Notes under the pieces: model-generated | Seen by the model: only the letters and a program-made list of their open reading frames with translations | What the model was told of the DNA's origin: nothing | Databases searched by the model: none | Position numbers and translations under genes: made by a program | DNA from: a virus | Lineage: Duplodnaviria > Caudoviricetes | Virus record (IMG/VR): IMGVR_UViG_3300036824_000115 | Location: 1 to 37,891 of that record | Reading direction: 5' to 3' (one strand) | DNA: 37,891 bases | In this document: positions 34,136 to 37,891 of the stretch, one piece after another | Position numbering within the stretch: position 1 is the stretch's first letter | How the letters are laid out: the number at the start of each line of letters is the position of its first letter

Positions 34136-34966
34136 ATGCAAAAAGTTGGCAGTGTTACAGAAACAGCAGACCAAAATGCAGAGTTTACTAATGGTAATGT
34201 GGCCCAAGGGGTGCCGCCGACTATCCTTGAGTCCACTATTTTTAATACGTGGCAAAGGGAAATGGTAAATATTGTTGAAAGTGCGGGGATCGATCTTAAC
34301 CCTCAAGATGATGGTCAAATTTTAAAGGCAATAAAACAAATAGTAGGTATCGGTAGATTATTGGGGCAAAAAGTTTTCACCAATAGTGGGGTTTATATTC
34401 CTGACCCCATGGCAAAAAAAATCCGAATTACCATTGTTGGAGGTGGAGGCGGTGCGGGGGGGTGTCAAGCTTCCGCGAGCAATGAAACGTATTTCGGTGC
34501 GGGTGGTGGTGCGGGTGCGACTATTATCTCGATGTTTACCTTAACAGGTGCAGTGAATTACCCCGTGGTCATTGGCTCGGGAGGTACTGGTGGCACGGCG
34601 GCTTCCAATGGTTCGAATGGCGGAACCTCTGCTTTTTCCACAGTTCTGGCGGCACCTGGTGGTGAGGGGGGCGGAAAATCAGGTGTGTCAAACACTAACG
34701 GTGGTAGAGGTGGTGTCGCAACGAATGGCGATATTCGCATTGACGGTGGGTATGGTGGGGATGGGCAATCAGGTCTCATTGCTGTAACCGGTCAGGGCGG
34801 ATCGTCTTACTTTGGTGGGGGTGGGCGCGCTGGAGCTGGTGGTGGGATTTCTGGTTCTGCTCCGGGGACTGGTGGTGGTGGTGCATATGATAGTGGTTAT
34901 TCAGGTATTGCAATGAAGGGCGGGGATGGCGCACCTGGGATAGTAATTATTGAAGAGTTCTCATAA
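34136..34966 (+). CDS. Short tail fibre with glycine-rich domain
   Basis: FT.GN...G.P.T.L....FN..QRE..NIVE anchor; GGGG-rich domain ending G..GIVIIEE. Confidence 0.8.
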   Translation: MQKVGSVTETADQNAEFTNGNVAQGVPPTILESTIFNTWQREMVNIVESAGIDLNPQDDGQILKAIKQIVGIGRLLGQKVFTNSGVYIPDPMAKKIRITIVGGGGGAGGCQASASNETYFGAGGGAGATIISMFTLTGAVNYPVVIGSGGTGGTAASNGSNGGTSAFSTVLAAPGGEGGGKSGVSNTNGGRGGVATNGDIRIDGGYGGDGQSGLIAVTGQGGSSYFGGGGRAGAGGGISGSAPGTGGGGAYDSGYSGIAMKGGDGAPGIVIIEEFS

Positions 34967-34974
34967 GGTGATAT

Positions 34975-37521
34975 ATGTCGCAACGATATGATACTGGAAA
35001 TCCACGTCCTTCTAACAGTATGAAGGACCTAAATGACAATGCTCTTGCTTACGATGATTTTCTGAATGGTGAACAAGAGGTTGCATATGATCGATTCCAA
35101 AAGCCGTTTCCAACTGTGCGAAAGCAGGTTTCAGAGCGAATAAATGAAATTATTGGTGCCCAGCAAGATGCTGAGGTTTATGCGAAAGACGCAAAACAGA
35201 GTGCAGAAGACGCTCAGAACATCGCAGACGCCAACACTTACTACATCACACCGTCAGACCCTGACGGGACGATTGCCGGATTGGCAGGAACGCCGAACGG
35301 GAAATCGTTTCGTGTAGGACAAGGAGCAGGGAGCGATACAGCATTTATCTACTATGTAAATAATAACGGAGTGGCTAAAGTTATAGCCAAGACCGGCGGG
35401 GCTTTCAGCAATAGTTATCAAGAAGCGACTAGTGTTTCTGGAACAGTAAATGAAATTCAGTTAACTATTCCTGGGTTAATCGCACCAGGTACTGCGATAT
35501 CTTTTACAGCATCTCAGACCAATACTGGCCCAGTGAATGCTGTTGTGACGAATGTAAATGGCGTGCCATCATCGCCAGCGCAAATATTCATGACAGGTAA
35601 TTCCCCTTTAACTGCTGGAGCTATTGCGGCTAATCAGCCAGTGCTGATGAAGTGGCGTGGTTCTCCTATAAACAATTGGTTATTAATTGCATCTGGTGGT
35701 GTTTCAACAATCCTTAGTCAGCGTGCGACTGTACTTGAGAAAAACACAGCAGTACGCATTAACTCTGTCACAGCAACCGATGATGTTTACTCGGGTGAGT
35801 CTGATATCGCTGGTAGTGCCTTGATTGTTGATGGGCGCAGGATTTCATTCATTCCTCCTGCTACTAATACCACTCGTGCACCGTCTATTAAAATTGGTTT
35901 GCTTTCGCCAATTAACATTCGTTCTGCCAATGGCGGTCAAGTAGTAGCTGGTGACATGACAGCTGGTTATCCTACTACATTGGAATTTAACAAAGCAGGT
36001 AACCACTACCGTGTAATATCCAATCCTTTCGATCACTCTGTTTTACAGACGCGAAACCAAAAAGGTGTTGTGACTAGCGACGCCAGCTCTCCGAATGTCG
36101 TTGCGCTTACAATACCCGGCTTCCTCGGTGATGGCACAGAGATTATCTTTGAACCTACAGTTGCAAATACTGGGGCGCTGCAAGTTACCATCACTGATAT
36201 CTCAGGGCTCACACAAACACGTAATGTACTGAAAGGGCCAAATACCGCATGTACAGGTGGAGAGTTGTTTGCCAATATCCCTGCAAAAATAATCTGGCGA
36301 CCAGCTCCTGTAGCGAACTTTAAGCTGCTATGGTCAGGGGATTTAACGACAGGCCTCAAAAACGTAAATGCTGACATTGCGAATTTGAAAACAGCAATAT
36401 CAGACCCGCTAGCAACGTTGAAAAGCGGCATGATTGAAACGCCATTTGGCGCAATCACGTTTAATAATGGAATAAAGACCGTCGTTAAAAACCGTCTGAT
36501 TATGACGTCACTTGGAAACTCATTGGGCGGAGGGGCTGGTGCGGGACCTGAATATGCACCGAATGCGATGCTGATTGCATCACTGAAAAAGTACATGGAG
36601 AATTACGGCGAGTTCGATTTTGTCGATGATAATCAGTGCATACCTACGCAGGCGTGGCAACAATTTGAAGCGCAGTTAAATAATTCACCGTATACCACAT
36701 CAGATATTTTATTGATTGTTGGTGGGATGAATGACGCGCCAGTGGGCAATTTCAACATGGGGCGCACATTCCCACAGCAAAAGGCCATACTGGACAGATT
36801 GATTCAACTGGGACAAGCACGCGGTGCTATCGTCATTGTCTGTACTACACCCCATCACAACGTAGAAATGCCACAAACAGCGCCGACGATTCCAGGTGGA
36901 AATCCTCTGATGTGGCCTGTTAGAACATATAATTTAATTAGTGATTATGCATTTAATGCAGAGAGTCGAACAATCAGTAGCGGATATTTTGCATCTGTCG
37001 CGTACGGCGGTCATATTTTACGCCCTGGCTACACTTTGCGAGTTGAATCGGGTGTTAACTTTGGCAGTTATACTATTGAAAGTATTTCTGATGATAGAAC
37101 CACTATTACTGTTATCGAAGAAATTCCTGAAACATCTCGCTATGGGACAACAGTCCGACATTTCAAACTAGAAACAATTATGGAGGATATTCTTTACCCG
37201 CCGCCGTCTCAATCTGTCGTCACGAAAGATTGGACAGGGAGCGGCGTACTGACTGCCGGTGATGTTCGCTTTGAAATGGAAAACAACATGCAGCGAGCAT
37301 CAGCAAGAGAATATAACGCGATACTTGCTGATTGTGACTGGTCATTCAGACGATACGGCATCGAGGCTGTTGGGTACTCGGGAGTTTATGATGTTCCTAA
37401 AGGCAACTTCAACCACCCGACCCCGTTTGGTTACACAGTAGGATTCGGAAAGCCTCTTGATGAAGTAGCACGCTACATCAGTGACATGGCATTTCAGACG
37501 CGCCTGTTTGGCAGAAGCTAA
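34975..37521 (+). CDS. Tailspike/receptor-binding protein with SGNH-hydrolase domain
   Basis: YDTGNP.PS...KDL.DNA anchor; three ~100-aa repeats; LGNS, GGMND, NHP blocks. Confidence 0.75.
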   Translation: MSQRYDTGNPRPSNSMKDLNDNALAYDDFLNGEQEVAYDRFQKPFPTVRKQVSERINEIIGAQQDAEVYAKDAKQSAEDAQNIADANTYYITPSDPDGTIAGLAGTPNGKSFRVGQGAGSDTAFIYYVNNNGVAKVIAKTGGAFSNSYQEATSVSGTVNEIQLTIPGLIAPGTAISFTASQTNTGPVNAVVTNVNGVPSSPAQIFMTGNSPLTAGAIAANQPVLMKWRGSPINNWLLIASGGVSTILSQRATVLEKNTAVRINSVTATDDVYSGESDIAGSALIVDGRRISFIPPATNTTRAPSIKIGLLSPINIRSANGGQVVAGDMTAGYPTTLEFNKAGNHYRVISNPFDHSVLQTRNQKGVVTSDASSPNVVALTIPGFLGDGTEIIFEPTVANTGALQVTITDISGLTQTRNVLKGPNTACTGGELFANIPAKIIWRPAPVANFKLLWSGDLTTGLKNVNADIANLKTAISDPLATLKSGMIETPFGAITFNNGIKTVVKNRLIMTSLGNSLGGGAGAGPEYAPNAMLIASLKKYMENYGEFDFVDDNQCIPTQAWQQFEAQLNNSPYTTSDILLIVGGMNDAPVGNFNMGRTFPQQKAILDRLIQLGQARGAIVIVCTTPHHNVEMPQTAPTIPGGNPLMWPVRTYNLISDYAFNAESRTISSGYFASVAYGGHILRPGYTLRVESGVNFGSYTIESISDDRTTITVIEEIPETSRYGTTVRHFKLETIMEDILYPPPSQSVVTKDWTGSGVLTAGDVRFEMENNMQRASAREYNAILADCDWSFRRYGIEAVGYSGVYDVPKGNFNHPTPFGYTVGFGKPLDEVARYISDMAFQTRLFGRS

Positions 37522-37528
37522 AAGACGG

Positions 37529-37554
37529 GCCGGGATGGACCCCGGCTATTTTTT
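37529..37554 (+). terminator. Late-operon terminator
   Basis: GCCGGG-atggac-CCCGGC-TATTTTTT. Confidence 0.75.
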
Positions 37555-37576
37555 ATTGAGTATGGCCAAGTCGAAA

Positions 37577-37891
37577 TCAAGCGCCGCGTCGAGTGCCTCG
37601 TTCTCCGTAGAGTAGGGTGTTTCTGAAACCAATTGCCAGCGCCGATTGTGATAAGTGTACAACCAGCCACTCGTCGGCTTCTTCGAACATCTCCTCTAAC
37701 ATTCTATTGAGCTTTTCTCTGTCGCTTTTGTTTGCGTCGGAGTTAAGGCCGTTCGCCTGCATTGGTTTTACCCTCACCATGGCATCTGGAAAAATCCGGT
37801 GCACCCGCTTGGTCAACTCTGCCAGAATAATTTCAGCAGCCCCCGGCAGTTCTGCCACATTCCGCTTATCAAAAACGAGCTCTACAAACAT
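37577..37891 (-). CDS. dinI: DinI-like protein with C-terminal extension
   Basis: Paralogue of 564..806; 104 aa versus 80 aa. Confidence 0.8.
   Translation of the reverse strand: MFVELVFDKRNVAELPGAAEIILAELTKRVHRIFPDAMVRVKPMQANGLNSDANKSDREKLNRMLEEMFEEADEWLVVHLSQSALAIGFRNTLLYGERGTRRGA

Larger units (their letters stand above)
1216..37891. mobile_element. Defective lambdoid prophage (SfV/ST64B-like layout: lambda-type early and head genes, Mu-like contractile baseplate); right att lies beyond the window
   Basis: Continuous phage gene order from att/int to tailspike/dinI; morphogenesis deletion at ~30390. Confidence 0.93.

Noticed and set aside
31240-37521. Tailocin or contractile injection system
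   Set aside because: Sheath, tube and tape-measure genes are absent and the hub gene is truncated

Overview
Almost the whole window (1216 to the end) is one enterobacterial lambdoid prophage integrated in a tRNA-Pro(GGG) gene. Only the 3' tRNA fragment (att) is in the window, at 1216-1263. Gene order is int, xis, accessory genes, an RdgC-FtsK-gamma fusion, a ~1.1-kb structured non-coding cassette, cI/cro/YmfL, antirepressor, replication protein, two orphan methyltransferases, DUF968, Q, two tRNAs, morons, lysis, lambda-like cos/terminase/portal/protease, Mu-like baseplate, fibre, SGNH tailspike and dinI. The prophage appears defective. A deletion at ~30390 fuses the scaffold gene to the middle of the baseplate hub gene (no capsid, sheath, tube or tape-measure genes remain), and the spanin pair has collapsed into one chimeric ORF. 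To the left lie two 133-bp tRNA-linked repeats and the end of an older prophage (fibre fragment, LexA-boxed dinI). The best candidates for undescribed biology are: (i) the pL-operon RNA cassette (three RNase III-type hairpins, a tRNA-like RNA, two diverged copies of one motif, a pseudoknot); (ii) a two-gene soluble plus 4-TM RexAB/Kiwa-like moron; (iii) a glyT-bodied tRNA with a Gln (UUG) anticodon under its own promoter; (iv) the RdgC-FtsK-gamma fusion. All family assignments are from motif recognition; no searches were run.
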